DNA of 64,000 nucleotides from NCBI RefSeq assembly GCF_000181795.1, contig NW_003526941.1:9630353-9694352 (forward strand). Direction: 5' to 3'. Under the pieces are notes generated by a model. It saw nothing but the letters and a program-made list of their open reading frames with translations. It had not been told where the DNA came from and did not search any database. Origin of the DNA: Trichinella spiralis (lineage: Eukaryota). Position 1 is the first letter of the stretch; each line of letters starts with the position of its first letter. Positions 42,101 to 59,325 of the stretch are shown here, in pieces. The position numbers were made by a program, and so were the translations under genes.

Positions 42101-42679
42101 CTCAATTGCATTGTTAAGTGATTACGACATAAAAGTGAAAAAACTGCCACTTACATCTCAATGAGCTGTCTTCTCATTGTTGATGTTCATGCTCTTTCAG
42201 TGTTCATGATTGAAAAATTATTTTTCAGAAATTATTCCAAAAAATAATAATTAATAAAAAAAACAAATGAATTGTTTGGCGCTTAATGTTGGTCGTCTTC
42301 AGTTCACAGTCCTTTCATACACGGACGCCGTCAAACTATAATTATGTTTAATATGTGAATAAAGCAAACGAACCCGTATGCAAATTTTTATTTCATTGTT
42401 TCCTGCTCATAAATATCACTAGTGCACAGTTTTCACTGCGCTTTATTTACTTAACTAATACACTGTGTTTGAGAGAATATTTAACTCTAGCCCTACGAAT
42501 TCTCATTGCGGAAACAATAATTTCATCATTACTACTAAGTTTATTTCAAATACTAAAAATATTATAAATACAAAAAATGAAATATTTGCTCATTTTATAT
42601 GAAATGCTGGTTTGTTGTAAAAAAAAGAGAAAAAGTAATGATTTGAAGAAACAATTCATAATAGAGTGGCAAATTAAAC
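39191..42679 (-). repeat. Right arm of a ~3.5 kb long inverted repeat
   Basis: Colinear reverse complement of 30472-33943 with scattered substitutions and small indels, including an insertion near 42485-42505. Confidence 0.95.
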
Positions 42680-45600
42680 AATCAAATGAACAAATCATGG
42701 CAAACTAATACAAATGCACAACAGATTCGAATAATAACATAGTAAGTGCATTTAACGCAGTACTAATGATAATAATAAATAGTGAGTTGTTGAAAATGAT
42801 TGTTCTTGAACTTGAAAATCTCTTTTTGTATCAGTGAACTACATTACAGAAATTGTTTATTCAACAAAAGTGAAGTTCTGTGATTGTTTTGATGACATAT
42901 TAAGAATAATATAAGGTGATGTCTTTCATCCAAGCCATCGGATCAAGCAGAAAATCAATTTTTGAACCGTGGGAACATGAGAGTGTGAAGCCTCAGTTTT
43001 GAGATGTGAAGAAAGGAAATGAATGCAGGGGAATATTTGAAAAAGAAATTTTCCAAAATCTAAGTTTCTCACAAAACGTTGAATATACTCATGTTATTAT
43101 AAATATATGTTTAAAATAATTTGAGAACAGTAACTGTCAAATTTCTATTTACAGTAATGAAAATGGAAAACAGTGATAATTTACTCTGGTTCTGCTGCAA
43201 AATGACGGTGTTAAGCAGAAGACTTTTCCGCTTCCTCAAAGATTAGTTATATATAAATTTTGATGAGACTCAGAGAAGCAATGCAAACAGCCATTGGTTA
43301 TTTCAAAGGCAAAACTTTAACAAAAGATTTATTTTGCTTTCTGTTTGAATAATATAGTTCATAAAATGACAAACGAAAAGCTACATTGATTAATTACGTG
43401 CAGTTGTTAAGGTAAAGAGGATAAAGGGGATTTTTTGTTGTCCCAAGCTGCTGCAGTTGCTGAGCTAACTGGGGAGTGGTCAATGGTACAAAGTCCGCGG
43501 CACGATACAACAATAAGCTGCTGCTGTTGAGATATTCAAATTTCATGTACTACTACAATGTACGTCAAGCGTACTAGAACTGATGAAAATTGCGCAAATG
43601 CAAAAGATACATACCCACAGGATGCCCATTTATCATAAGTTAAAAGCATAAAAAGTATAAAATAATACTGAACTATTTGAAAGAAGAAAATGCCGTCCGT
43701 CGTATCTGCTGCATCCTGGCTTGAACACACGGAAACAGACGATTTCGAAATCACGCTGTTCGCGTTATTTCTGTCGACTACGCACGCATTGGTAATGTAT
43801 ATTTATTTAATAATTTGAAACTTTTATTTGATTAGCCGTGGTGCAATTGATTTTCTAAATTCCATAAATTTATATTATTACTCAAATGGAGTCATCTTTC
43901 TTTGTGTAAATGAATACCCGAACAGCAGCAGCTGAAGTAAGCGTGAAATTGATATTCAAACATTCAAATTCGAAATCGGCAATATTTCTACAGTGAAATA
44001 TTAAACTTTTCGTGTTTGTAGAAAATGAATGAAATAATGTAAAAAAAGGAAGTTCAATCAGCACTCGGAAAGTAAGCAACAATTTCCAAAAAATTACACA
44101 CTGAATTACAGTAATTTAAGATTCGAAAGAAAGATACCTTTCCTCTTATTGGTTTCTTCTTCTCTTATCAGTGCTTTTTGTAAGGAAAACATTTTTTCTG
44201 TTTATATTAAAATTGTAATAAGAAGAGCAACACGACAATCACTTCAGCATTGCACATTGTTATTCCAGTCCATTCAATTTAATAATAAAAGCATAACTTG
44301 GACAGCAGACCATTTTTTCAATATCTGGCATCGATTTAAAAACAAAGAAGTGATACATAGAAAAACCAGCACATTTTTTACTTTTTACTGGCATTTATTA
44401 TATTCGATTTAAACAGAATAATTAATTCTGCGATACATAAGATTATGAAAAAAAATAAAATTCATGAATATATTTTGTTTTATTTTTAATTAAAAATGAC
44501 TGAAATAAAGTTTTTTAATAATTTCAGCAAAATTTGTGGTGTAAAAGTAGAAAAGTATTTTTAAATGAAAATCAAGGTCAATAATAATAATATAATTAAC
44601 ATGCGATCAATGGCTCCATTTGTACGTTGTAGGTTTTTATCAATTATAATTGAAAGAACGAAAGAGGAGAAAACAACAAACAAAGAAACAAACATTTTGA
44701 TGTCCTTTGATGAGAAAGTTGCAAATCTAACTTATTTTTTTTTCAATAAATCTGGAAAACGGCATTTCGTTAATTCGCCGTTGTCTACTAGTAAAAAAAA
44801 TTGAAATTATACTTGAAATAAAAGTACATTTTTAAACATAAATCAAAATGTATAAATTTTGAAACGAAACAATTAATAGTAAATAATAAAATGGTGGAAA
44901 TAATAGTAATCTATTTATTTAAAAATTCTAAGTGTCAAAAATGAAAAAGAATCATTATTTTGAAAAGTTATAATTATTGTTTGGATAATTCTCATTCGTA
45001 GCAGCAGTTGATGGGTGAAAGTTTCAAAAAAAATTAATAAAATGCTCTTCTCCGCCGGTACTGCTTGGCACCGACTGAAGTTTCACGACTAAAACAAATC
45101 ATCCCCTCGTCGAGTGAAATTCATATTCAAATTTTCATACGTCCAATCGTTTGCATGTGTATTTATTGTTTTTGTTCATCGAAATATTATGAAATACTTT
45201 GCTCGTGCATGAGAGAAATGAAAATTAAAAAAAAATCAATCCCGGTCCCAGATGTTAGTTAGTAAATGATTTTTTGAGCAATGATGAGCAATTTCGAGCT
45301 ATAATTTAACTGAACACCTGTTGAGCACATCTTCTCCCATCTGATGATGCTTCCACTAATTCTCATGTATACGTTTGGACATGCCGCATGGAAACATCCT
45401 CACGCAGATTTATTATTTGTAATAGATTTTTTCAATCCCGTTTCAATTTATTCTTTTTCTTTTAATGACTACTTACTGCTTATGTCATTCGTGTATTCTG
45501 GCCAAATGGCAAAATTGTTCCTACTTAATCTGTCTATCCATCCATCTTTCTACAGCACATAAAAATGCAAAATTGCAAACAAAAAGACAAAAAGCAATTT

Positions 45601-47044
45601 AAATCAATAAAAATACATTATAAATTTTAAAATCCATTGGTTTTATAAAACGTTAATGCGCTGCTTATTGGCCAACTAAGCACCGGTTGGTCGATTAGTG
45701 AAATGATGAACGCAATGCATCGACGGAACAAAATACTCGTTTAAATCAAAAAAATATGCCATTATTAATGTCAAAATGGCCGTTATCATTTGACAAACTG
45801 CAACTAAATAGCGCGAAAAGCTAATGAAAATAAAATTTTATTTATGCTGAAATCTTGATAATAATAATAATAAATACAACTGGTAAAATTCGAACGAAAT
45901 AAAACTAACCGCTTCCGCGTTGCAACGATTACACTACCTTTATAAATATAGCAGATATCACTCACTCACTCATTAAATCTCCCACACTACACGATAACAG
46001 TATATAGTTCGCTTGTAAATGTTACCTTGTTCTTTTGTATCTTCTTTATTTTCTTTGTAAATCTGTCTGTCTGTTAGCCTTCTTCATTTTGTTTGGAACA
46101 ATTTGCAAGATTTCCAAAATGAAAAAAAATATCATCTCCATTCAATAGCTGTTGAATATTATCATCATTACATATTCTCTGTTGCGTGATACATAACACA
46201 AAAGTACGAAAAGGCAATCACCGATCGACAATTACTGATCAACAAATGCTCGAGTAAACAAATCAGATGTGTATGCAAATTTTTAATCAATATTATCAAT
46301 CAAACCTGCATTTCACTAAACCATTGTTGACATGATGAAATAATTGAACAGACGAACAAGCAAACAATTTTCACTGAACAGCACAGAAAAGAGAAATGCT
46401 TATTGCTATTCATTGATTCGAAATAACTGCACATTTAAAAAATATAAAATTGGTAAACAACCTCTAGACTTTGCATTCTTCTCATTGTATGCTTATTTTA
46501 GGGCGTTTAAAAAAGCTTAAAAGATCACAATATAAAAAATCAACAATATGATTATTTTTGAATACAATTCAAAAAACATTGATGATAATCATCATAAAGG
46601 AGAAAAACTACTGGAAAACCGTTGCGCAACAAATGCAACACGTGAAATAAAAGTAGATCAGAAAAAACACATACATACAGTTACTGCTGCTGTTTCGTGA
46701 TTATGTTCAAAATTATAATTACAAATTTGCCATGCACAAACCTTTTGAGCTCCAACCTGCAAATAATAATTACTGTCATCACCACCGTTGCAATAATAAT
46801 AATAACAACAAATAGCATTAAAAAAGTGCATGAGGGGGATAAAGTGGAGTGAAGGGATTCTAGAGAGGAGGCGAGTAGTGTAGTGTAAATGATTGCTTTG
46901 TGCTTTGTCAACAGGTCAGCTTGTGATCGTCCAGCATTATAGCAAAAGTAGAAGGAATACCAGAAACAGAGGATCACAAATGTGCTTGTGTAGTCGAAAT
47001 TCTACCGATCCAATCAATCAATCAATCAATCAATGCAAAAATGT

Positions 47045-49018
<1,974 letters not shown>

Positions 49019-52000
49019 CAGTAACAGAAAGCAAAAAAGAGAGCAGCAGTGTTGAGAAGAGAATTTTTATGAATAAAAATTAGCAAATGCAAAAGATTGT
49101 GATACCAGTGAAGCAGTAGAAGAATATGCTGATGATGACGAAATTTCCTAATTTTTTCTCCCTTTTCTTCTAAAACTGTACAGAGCAAAAGATTTCGTGG
49201 CAGGCTTTGGTGAGCACAATATCAATTACCGTTGACAACTGCTCTGCAACGCGTTGCTTGCAAGATGACAACTCAAGTGACGAATAACTAACAACAGCCA
49301 GCCAGCCAGTCAGTCAGCCAGCTAGTCAGCTAGTCAGTCAGCTTTCGGCGCCACCACGTGGTTAATCTCCTTGCGGGCAATTTCAACCAATCACCACCAC
49401 AGCGTTGATGCTGCTGCTACTGATGATGATGATGATGATGATAATGATGAGGATCCATTTGCGTAATCGACCAGAGCCGAAATCTATTGAAGTGAAAGAT
49501 AAAAATTTTAATAAAAAAAATCACAAATAAAAATATAAGAAAACAAATCACCAATTATATCTGTCAGATTCGCTTTACAACGTGAAACAGAAAATAAAAT
49601 ACCCCATGTCAATTGTGCAAGCGTGCGTATATGTTTTCCGTCCAAGCAAGCAGGGCATTCTTCATTCAGTCACGCAATACGTGGCACGTTACTGGCACGG
49701 AATCATTTTGACATGCAAAGATTCTTCCACGGCTGAACTATTTCAAATCAACTTTTTTCTTTCGTTTTTTTTTTCCTTCACTCTTCATAATAAGCAACTG
49801 AAGAAACAAATTATTAACATATTAAATTATTAACATATTTAATAATTATTTAACACTTTACACATTATATATCTATACATGCGCACATATAAATATTATG
49901 CAATGCTTAATGCAAAAAGGTAAGTAAGCTGTGAAAACAAAAGAATCAATTACATATACATATACTTTACAAAGAATTTTAAAAATAACATTTTTCAATA
50001 CTAAATGTAAAAATTAATTAATAAATATGTAATTTAAAAATCTGAAAATAATCTGGAAAAGAAATATAAACAAATAGACAATTTGTTACAAGTTTAAATT
50101 GCAATTCGTGAGAAAAAGGATTAAAAATAAAAGTTACCTCACATCACACACACACAGCCCCTCCCTTATCAGTTAATGCTGTTTGTTGATAGCTTTTTTA
50201 AAATAAACTTTGATTAAAAGAAAAACACGTCAGCTGTGCTTAGTAGAACTAAGAAAAAGAAAAAACAACAACAAAAGAAATATACCTAATTGCTAAATTT
50301 TTTTGCTTTAAATATACGATTTATCAAATCAATGATGAAGCATCGATTTCAGTGGAAAATATTTTTAATATCCTTCAATTTATTGTTTATTTTGGTTAAA
50401 AAATTATTATTCATTTTTCCAACAGGGAATTGTGATAAGCTCATAGTTTTCAATGAATAAAAAAATACATATTCAGTCAAAAATTCACAACGCGATCTCA
50501 TTGACGAAGAAAGAGATGAAAAGCATCATAATGCTTTGCTTTGCAATGATTGAAATTTTCCAAATCAAACTATTCACGTATCACACAGTCCATTAGGGCG
50601 GTTTGTTGATCAAGTTCAATAATGCTGACTAAATGAAGTGATATATATATATACATACATATATTTAATTTTGCCGATTCTTCACATCGGATAAGAATAC
50701 TTTACGAACGCGGATCAATATTAAAATGAAAATTCCAAAATATTTATAAATATGTTTGTAAGCGTACAATACTGATGCTATTGGAGAATAAAAAGTAAAT
50801 AATAAGTAAAAAACAACGAGCATTAAAATTATCATATAAAAATATAAATGAACGACTAAATCGAACATGTTGCTTTGGCAGAAATTATTAAAATTTTCAA
50901 TCTTGATTAATAGCATCCGGTAAGAACGGATTGCTTTGCCAATAAATATGTCTAATTCTGTTCTTTTATGATTCAGTGATTAACGAAATCAACGACACTG
51001 ATAAGAACAAGCTATTTCTCCTGCAAATTTTAAAGAATGCACATAATTAAAAAAACAACTTCTTTCATAATTGTTTTCAATAATAAAAATAATGTGTGTG
51101 TGTGAATCACATGATTTTTGAAACTCTGCTTGCATTGTTTGACGGTGAAAAAGAATTGCAAAAAATGACGTGCTAGGATGTTTATTCTGTCAAAATATCT
51201 AATGCTATAGTGAAATTCATTTTCAATATTTTTCTTAAACTGATAATTAAATTTAAACATGCAAACCATTAAATGACCAACCTAAACTGATTTGAATAAT
51301 TTTTCTTCTTTTTTCTGATTAACATTTATTTTTGTAGAAATTTTTATAATTATTCGAGAAAAAACTATTAATAACAACTAATATTTAAAATGATGCATGC
51401 GCACTGTCAAAATTGTTGAAAGAAATTTTAATTTCATCTAAGACTTAAAAAAAAGGGGAAGTCGAGTTAACAAAATACGATGAACACCTCAACATGTCAT
51501 AAGTAAAGCAGTTTTTAAATCACTCTTCAAAAAAATTCAACTTTTCATCAATTCAATGCTCAGTAGTTTCCTTTATAATGATGCATGTCATTTCAGTAAA
51601 TCTTGCTCTCAAACTAGTTAAGCTTCAAACAGCAGCAGCGTACTTCAGCTAATCTCTACTTGCTTCGGCTTAATAATATTAATTATAATAATTATTATTA
51701 TTATTAAAGTAAAGTCATGATTTCCAAGTAAATAAAAACGTCTGAAAATTTTATGAAAATAATATATGCACAAAAATCACATATTTCAAGCAAATAACGG
51801 ACAACATTTCATGATCAACTTCACTTGTTGTTGACAAAATTAAATACGAAAACTTTTCTTATCAATATATGGATAGATGTATAGAAGAAGCAGTCTGCTG
51901 AAAATTAAATCACGCATACTTTTGTTACGATTTTGAAAAAATATTATTTGAAAAATCTTCACAAATATGTTGTTGTTGCTTTTGAATTTTGCTTTTGCAA

Positions 52001-52790
52001 CAAATGCAAAATTTAGCAATGTTGCAAAAGAACGAAAGAAAGTTGCTTCTATTGTGCAAATGAAAAATATACACAATCTTCATTATTAGAACAGTTCGCT
52101 AAAACGCAGAAGACGTTGCACGAATCAATGATGCAATTATGTGTACTTATACATATAATATTCATATAAATAAGCAAGTCGTAGGTAAAATAATAATATT
52201 GGAAATTTTATCAGATTATTGAAATTTTGTTAAATGATAAAGCTCAAAGCTCAGCGGAGTTGAAAGACCAACACGTTCAGTCGATTTGTTCAAAGAAGTG
52301 AATTATTATTAATAGGAAATTTGAATGCATAAAATTTCAGTTTTACTTAAATCTTCAAATTGCGTGTGCATTGCGTTGCAGTTTACTTCCTTTCATAATA
52401 TTTTCAACAAAGAACTGAACTGCTGCAATAGTGGAATTTCATTGTAAATTAAAATATTTTCAATGACAAACACAATACTGTTCTCCACTTGCACATATGC
52501 ATGCAAAAAAGTAAAGATAATTACTTATTTTTTCGAAAAATTAAATGAAATAATTACACTACATCAACTGTTGCTACACATTGCCGTTGATGATTTTTAA
52601 CTTAAATTTATCTATTTAACCAAATTCAATAAAATATTTCGTTTTTATTAAAATCAGCAAAAGCGATGATAACCAAATAATGCAAATTTCAATGATGATG
52701 ATAATAATAATTTTGAAAAAGTGAATAATAATTGCGCTTAAATTTGTCAGATGAAAAGTTTCCTAAAAGATATGCCACAAATAATAGCAA

Positions 52791-52822
<32 letters not shown>

Positions 52823-55319
52823 TCTGCTGTTGCTTCTCGCTTGTGCTGCTTAGCACATACATACATACATACATACACACATACACACGTTTTCAACATT
52901 GTCAAGAAAACGATTGATTCTACTTTTAGGTAGTGAAAATTTGTGAATTGAATTGCAAAAAATGGGTGGAGGGGAAAAAGGAAATTTTAAAATTTTCCAC
53001 TTGGCGTTTCGCAGTTGGCATTTTTCAGCGTGAAATGTCAAAAATCATCTTTTGCACACTGCAATCGATTCTGACAAGCACCATCCGGTCAGTCATTGGA
53101 TCTCAAGAGGAACAAATATAATGGCAAAAAGCAATAATGAAAACGCTGCCATTCTTTCACATGCCACTCACTGTTCACAGCAAGCACGAAAGATGGAAGA
53201 AGCAAAGGTAAGAGAAAAAAAAGAAGAAAAAATCACCTCACTTATTATGCAATAATGAAAAAATTACAATTGATAAGTGAAAATTTTTTGAAATTTCCCA
53301 TTATAATTTGCATAAAAGAGAAAAGCAAACAACCAAATACATAAATAATCTCATTGGAAAGGATAAAAAGTCTGTCGGTAGATAATCTGCAACTCTTGTA
53401 CAAATAAACGATTAAATTCGACAATCAATTATTTCAGACGAAGTTTAATAATTTTAAACCGAAACTACTAGTAGTTAAAATCATTAAAGTTCAAAAAAAA
53501 ATATCATCAGACACGAATGAATCACCGTTAAGCATCAAAGAGAAACAATTTCCACAAATAGCTTGTGTTTTTTTTGGCAATGCCTCGTGTTATCTGAAAA
53601 ACCATTCATCACTTTCGCAACACAAATTGCCCATTTTAAAATGGAAAAAAAATTTTCTATAAAAAACAAGCTAACAAACTAAGATCCCCTTCTTAAAATT
53701 TTCATTACGGTTGAGTGAGGATGGGTGATTCAATTTCACGTTTTTCCATTTTCATCAAACTTATTCGTTCATAACAGGAAGTGGATGAAATTTTTTCAAA
53801 AACATGACGAATCATTTCACGGATGAAAATACAACAGTTGAAACAAATTTTTGGCAGTCGAAATAATAAATCATCTACATATATTTATAATGGCAATTTT
53901 CTAGTCGACAATTAATTAGTTACTTGGTTGAAGAAAAAGAACCGAAAAGAAAATTCTGTCAATCACAATTTCATTTTCAATAATTTTTTTAACACAATAA
54001 ATAAATAAACTGTATTGATTTTAAGAATGCAAAACGGAAAACAAAAGCTTTCTCTACATCCTCTAAGAAAGTTAAAGAACAATTTTGTCAAACAACTAAC
54101 TGCATTAAGCACGTCAATATTTGTTTCTACATATGATAATGTGCTGAATAAAATATAAAAACAAATGCAAAAAATTAATATACAGATGGAATTTTCCTGT
54201 TTTTTGTTTAAACCACGAAATGTTTTGCACATTTTCCAAACACAGCTTTTAACATTAATATCAACAGAAGCAAAATAGAGCAAAAACATAATTGCTAAAA
54301 AGAAGCTTAACTTCAACAAACTGAACATCTGGCGACAAAGTGCTTTCAGTTTCAACGATGATAAATAAACAGAGCAAAATTGTGAAAAAGTGCTTTTAAC
54401 TGAAAGCGGCTAAACGCAATGAAAACAACACATTTGGCTTGGCGGCAGTAGCAAATAGATAAAAGAACAAACAGATGAAAATCAAAATGAAAAACAACCA
54501 GTAAAAGATATGAAATAATTTCACAATCTACCAAAAAGTCTCTCGCAACAGAAAGAGTTCATATTAGAATAAAATATTTTGATTTTTCAATTTTGTTTAC
54601 ACTAAAGTTTATCAAATCACAATGATATGGATATGAGCTTCGAAAAACAAATCAAAATGATATAAATGAACCGCCTAACCATGGTTTTTTCCACTTTTTT
54701 TTCAGTTCGACATCATCACAACAAAATACAATTATAAAGTTAATCGTTAAGTCCAACCATATTTAAATAAATGAAAATACAATTGCAAAAACTGCACATT
54801 CGTCTATTCTACAGTTATTAATTGGCTTTCTGCAACATTTTCTGCACATTTTCATTACACATTAAAAGGGCAACAACCATAAAGCAGTTTTTAAATTAAT
54901 TAATCGCATATAAAGTTATCATTATTTTACTGCCCACTTGAACTTGATTACCAGATCATTGTTTTTCATACTGTAAAACCGCTAACCAACGATGTTTAAG
55001 CAACAATAATTTATGATTGACAAATTTTCACTAACGTGCGCATGACAAACATAACAAAAATATTACTAGACCAACAGTTACTGTAAGACAAAGTAAAAAT
55101 AGGCTACATTTATGATGTGCAATCTTACCTATATCAGGCGTTGTTGACTCGACTCAAGTTTGTTCAGCGCTTGGCAAGAAAATAAACTTTACTAAATCAT
55201 AAAAAAGAAAAAAAACAATAAATAATTTTACATACATTTATTCATTTACATTTACAATGCAAACAATAAATAAGTAAAGCTTACAAAAAACAAAAACAAG
55301 CTAATGTCGAAAATATCGC

Positions 55320-58300
55320 TTAAAACTTAGGCATATCAAATTTCAGGTTGAATCCAGCAGCTCGGCTTTGACTGGGTGCAATTTTGAGTTTCTCCAGTAA
55401 TTCTTTGTTTGTATCGTCATTCTATAAATTACAATAAAATAAAAAAAAGTGTGCAACTAACTATACCTGATGAAAGTAAAAAAATAAATAACGTACAACA
55501 TCTTTGAATGTTTTTCCCCCACTTGGTGGTCTGGGACAAACATTATGACGAATGCGATTTTGCGATTTCGCTGGCCAAGTTGGAAACTGCGATGGATGTA
55601 TAGGGCGAGGTTCTTCGTGAAACCATTCATGAGCCATTGCATCCAAAGCGGAAATCCGTGCCTTCGGATCATACGTCAACAGTCTTAATTTGAAATACAA
55701 ATTTCATTAACCTACTGGCCTGTTTTTATATGAAATATTTTGTTTTCATTTTGAAAACAATTGAAAATTAATCTAAACAGTTATGCAAAATAGATATAAT
55801 TTAAACAAATTTCATATACTTGTTCATCAAATCGAAACCCTTATCCGAAAGTGTTGCTCCAAAATGTTTTCTCAAACTACTAAAAGGATATTCGGCAAAA
55901 GTCATGCGTTTCACTCCAGGCAAACTGCTGTAACCTGGCCATATTGTTTCGTTGGGAGTGCCAAGCATCTACAACATATATTATCACCAACAAAAAATAA
56001 TTCAAAATTGAAATTGTTTACTTTGAATATTTTGTTCATTTGTTCAATTTCACTTTTTCCAGCAAACAAAGGTTTCAACGTTAGGAATTCACCAAAAATG
56101 CAACCAACTGACCATACATCAATAGATGTTGAATATTCCTCAAATTAAAATTTACAAAAACAATAAAATTTACTTTTTGAGAATAATTTACTTTTATTCC
56201 AAGCAACAGTTCAGGAGAGCGATACCAAAGCGTCACAACAACTGGAGTATAAGAACGCAATGGTGAACCATATTCTCTTGATAAACCAAAATCTCCAATC
56301 TATAAAATAAAATAATGCAATAATTTGAAATCAAATAGGAAAAACAGATATTTTGCTTTCATAAACTTTGCTTTTTTTACCTTTAAAATTCCCATATGAT
56401 TGAGCAGCAGATTGGACGTTTTCAAGTCACGATGCAAAATCCAATTGTCATGCAAGTGGTACAAACCGTTAAGCAATTGTCTAGTTAACGTTTTCACTTC
56501 TCCTTAACAAACAGAAAGAACAAATTCGAAAGCATACGAGTTATGGAATAGTGAAATGTAGCAAAATATACAAACCAACTAAAAATGGCTGCTTCATAGT
56601 TTCCATTAAGCTTTTCATATCATGTTCAACATATTCCATCACCAAGTAAATCTTGTCCATACTGCTACCAACGACAACTTCCTGCAAAAAATAGCATCGA
56701 CATCCATTTTTAATATTCTTCAATCATTCAGTTGGTCACTTACCAATACATTCACAACGTTCGGATGTTTGCCAACTTTCATCAGCATATTAACTTCCCG
56801 TAACGAGGTTATCGGAAAGCCTTCACGCTCTTTTTCCATTTTCAAGCGCTTCAACGCAACTATCTCACCTAATTATTATTATTATTATTAAAATATTACA
56901 CAAAAAAGACACAACTGATCAAAAATATTCCACATTCTCACCAGTCCGCTTTTCCATCGCCCTGTAAACGACCCCATATGTACCTTCTTCAATTCGATTC
57001 AAGCAATGATATTCTTCGACACTTCGACATCCCATTATTGAAGGATAATATACGGGCAATTTTTGTATGGAATCCGACGGTGAATCATCTTAAAAAAATT
57101 ACAACACCAATACAGAACGTCTAAATGTAATAAACAAGGGACATTGAGAAAACCATTTTTAGATGACGTAGCAACATCTGCAGTTTTCGATTCATCAAAA
57201 ATGTTATTTTCATTCTCAGCATCAGCGCTTTTACTGGAAGAAAATGAATGTGAACGTTTTCCTAGAACAATATCATACAGTTCAAGTTCAAAAAAGACTG
57301 AAAGCAAAAAAAAAACAAACAAACAAACAGAACACTAAAAAACATACTTCCAAATGAACTCGAAGATTGGCTACGAGCAACATCAGCTTCGGCTTCTTCA
57401 CCGCTTTCCGATAACGCTTCCCTAGCTAAACAATAATAATATATACAGAAATTACAGAAATCGGATAGAAAACAATGTTACACACCAGAAATAGATCTTA
57501 ATCCAGTATGCTGATCTGCAGAGCTCGTCGGCAAGACTTGCAAAAGCATCTTCTCTTCGTTCAATGACTCGCCAATGCTTTCATGGTCATCTCCGAGAAT
57601 GATGGGCGATGTTTCAGGAGTCAGTTGAACCTAAATAATAAATCAATTCTAACACCGAAAGCATGGAATACTGAAAAGCATACTTCTGCTTGAATATTGA
57701 CAGAAGAATATCGTTTAATTTTCGAAGGGACACTTTCTTTCTGCTGATTACTGTCCTTCTTAACAGACTCGACATTTTCTACATATTTAACTTTTTCTTC
57801 AGTTGATAAAACTCGCCTATTCGTCGACGTTGATGAAGTTCGTCGTGATCTTGAACGATGACGAGAACTTCTTCTTTCACTCTTTTTCACATCTGAACTT
57901 TCAAACAATTAAATTAATATTTAAACAACATAAACAGTGCATCAACAGAACACAAGAAAAAAACAAAAGTTTAAACAACAACTGCTCTCTCTTCTGCATA
58001 ATTTTGCACCACATACTACCAGTTCAAAATGATGAACTATGCTCTTATTTTTTTAAGGAAATATCCACTTTCCAATCAACCATATTAGATAAACAGTTAA
58101 CTAGTCAACTAACTTTTAAATATTTTTTTAATACAAAACAACAAAATAACTTTTTATTGAATAAAATTAATCAACTTTGTTTTGAAAAATTTATAACAGG
58201 AATGCAAAACACAACCCATTCATATTCATTTACCATCGGTAGAAATTTGCCCATTAGTACTGCTAAAATATTAATTAGTCATAATTAAGTCAAAAAGCAA

Positions 58301-59325
58301 ATTACCATTTAAAAAATTTAAACTAAAAACAACAGTTCCAATTAATCATCTTAAATCATAAACATTAATGCATACTGTAACTCACTCTAAACAAAACTGT
58401 TTACACTGCAATGTTTTAAAATTACGGTTACTCGTTCATATTATTTTTCAACAATGAACATGCTTTTCATAAAAATAACAATTTCACAATTGCAAAAAAA
58501 AATATACACATAATATATAAAACCCTAAGATTTATAATGAAAGCAAAAGATTCTGAATTTTTTAACAAGTAACGAGCAAAATGAAACTGCAACCGTTTTT
58601 ATTAGGAAAGTAATAATTATAAATTACAAAAATTAACTACAAACATTAATTAATGCATCGTAGATTAACTATACAAAATGGTGACTGTTTGCAATGAATC
58701 AGCAAAGTTCACCTTACCTTTATATGTTTCTTTTCTGCTCCTATGACTTGATGCAGAAACTGCATGGTGGTAATACATTTCCTTGGAACTGAAATTTTAA
58801 TTTAGTTTCATCACAATGCGTCCATGTAATATATCAATAAAAGAATAAACTGTTACTCATGCCGAGAATGACGACCTTCCGAGTTCAATTTGCGATCTCT
58901 TGATTCACGTTCACGTATCAGCCGACCCTGACTTTCACGTTTTCTAGAACTTCCTCTTCTATCTGTTCCATGACCACGAGTGATATTTTCTGAACAAAAA
59001 CAAAAAAAATACACTTTAAATATGAAAGAACAGCATGATTAATTTTACTGTCGGCTGGTGAACTTCTCCTTGGAGAAGAGTCAATCCGACTTTTGCGCTT
59101 TGCCTCCGAATTACCGGCATTGGCTTCGCTTCTTCTGTGATGGCTCACTCTCTCCTTTGTGAAGTGCCTGTCAGTTTTGCCAGAACGTTTCCTGGACTTC
59201 TTTTCACAGCGCTCACTACTGCTCTGATCCCGCTTAAACTCGTATATGTTCATCTGATGTACTGACGTTGCAGGTCTAATGGTCTGTTCCTCGTCAGAAT
59301 CGCGCAGTTCGCCTTCGTCAGACAT
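55320..59325 (-). CDS. cdk-11: Cyclin-dependent kinase 11 (PITSLRE, p110-type)
   Basis: RS/RE-rich N-terminus ([13 protein letters not shown]), [84 protein letters not shown], and C-terminal [11 protein letters not shown]. Confidence 0.95.

Noticed and set aside
30472..42679. Autonomous Polinton/Maverick or Mutator element
   Set aside because: No polymerase, integrase or transposase ORF, no recognisable terminal motif or TSD, and the ends are more diverged than the arm interior.
43690..43791. GC-richer ATG-initiated segment ending at a GTAATG donor
   Set aside because: Short and isolated, with no recognisable protein similarity or continuing exon.
53121..53207. Possible + strand exon MAKSNNE...EEAK followed by GTAAGA
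   Set aside because: No downstream partner exon or homology was recognisable.
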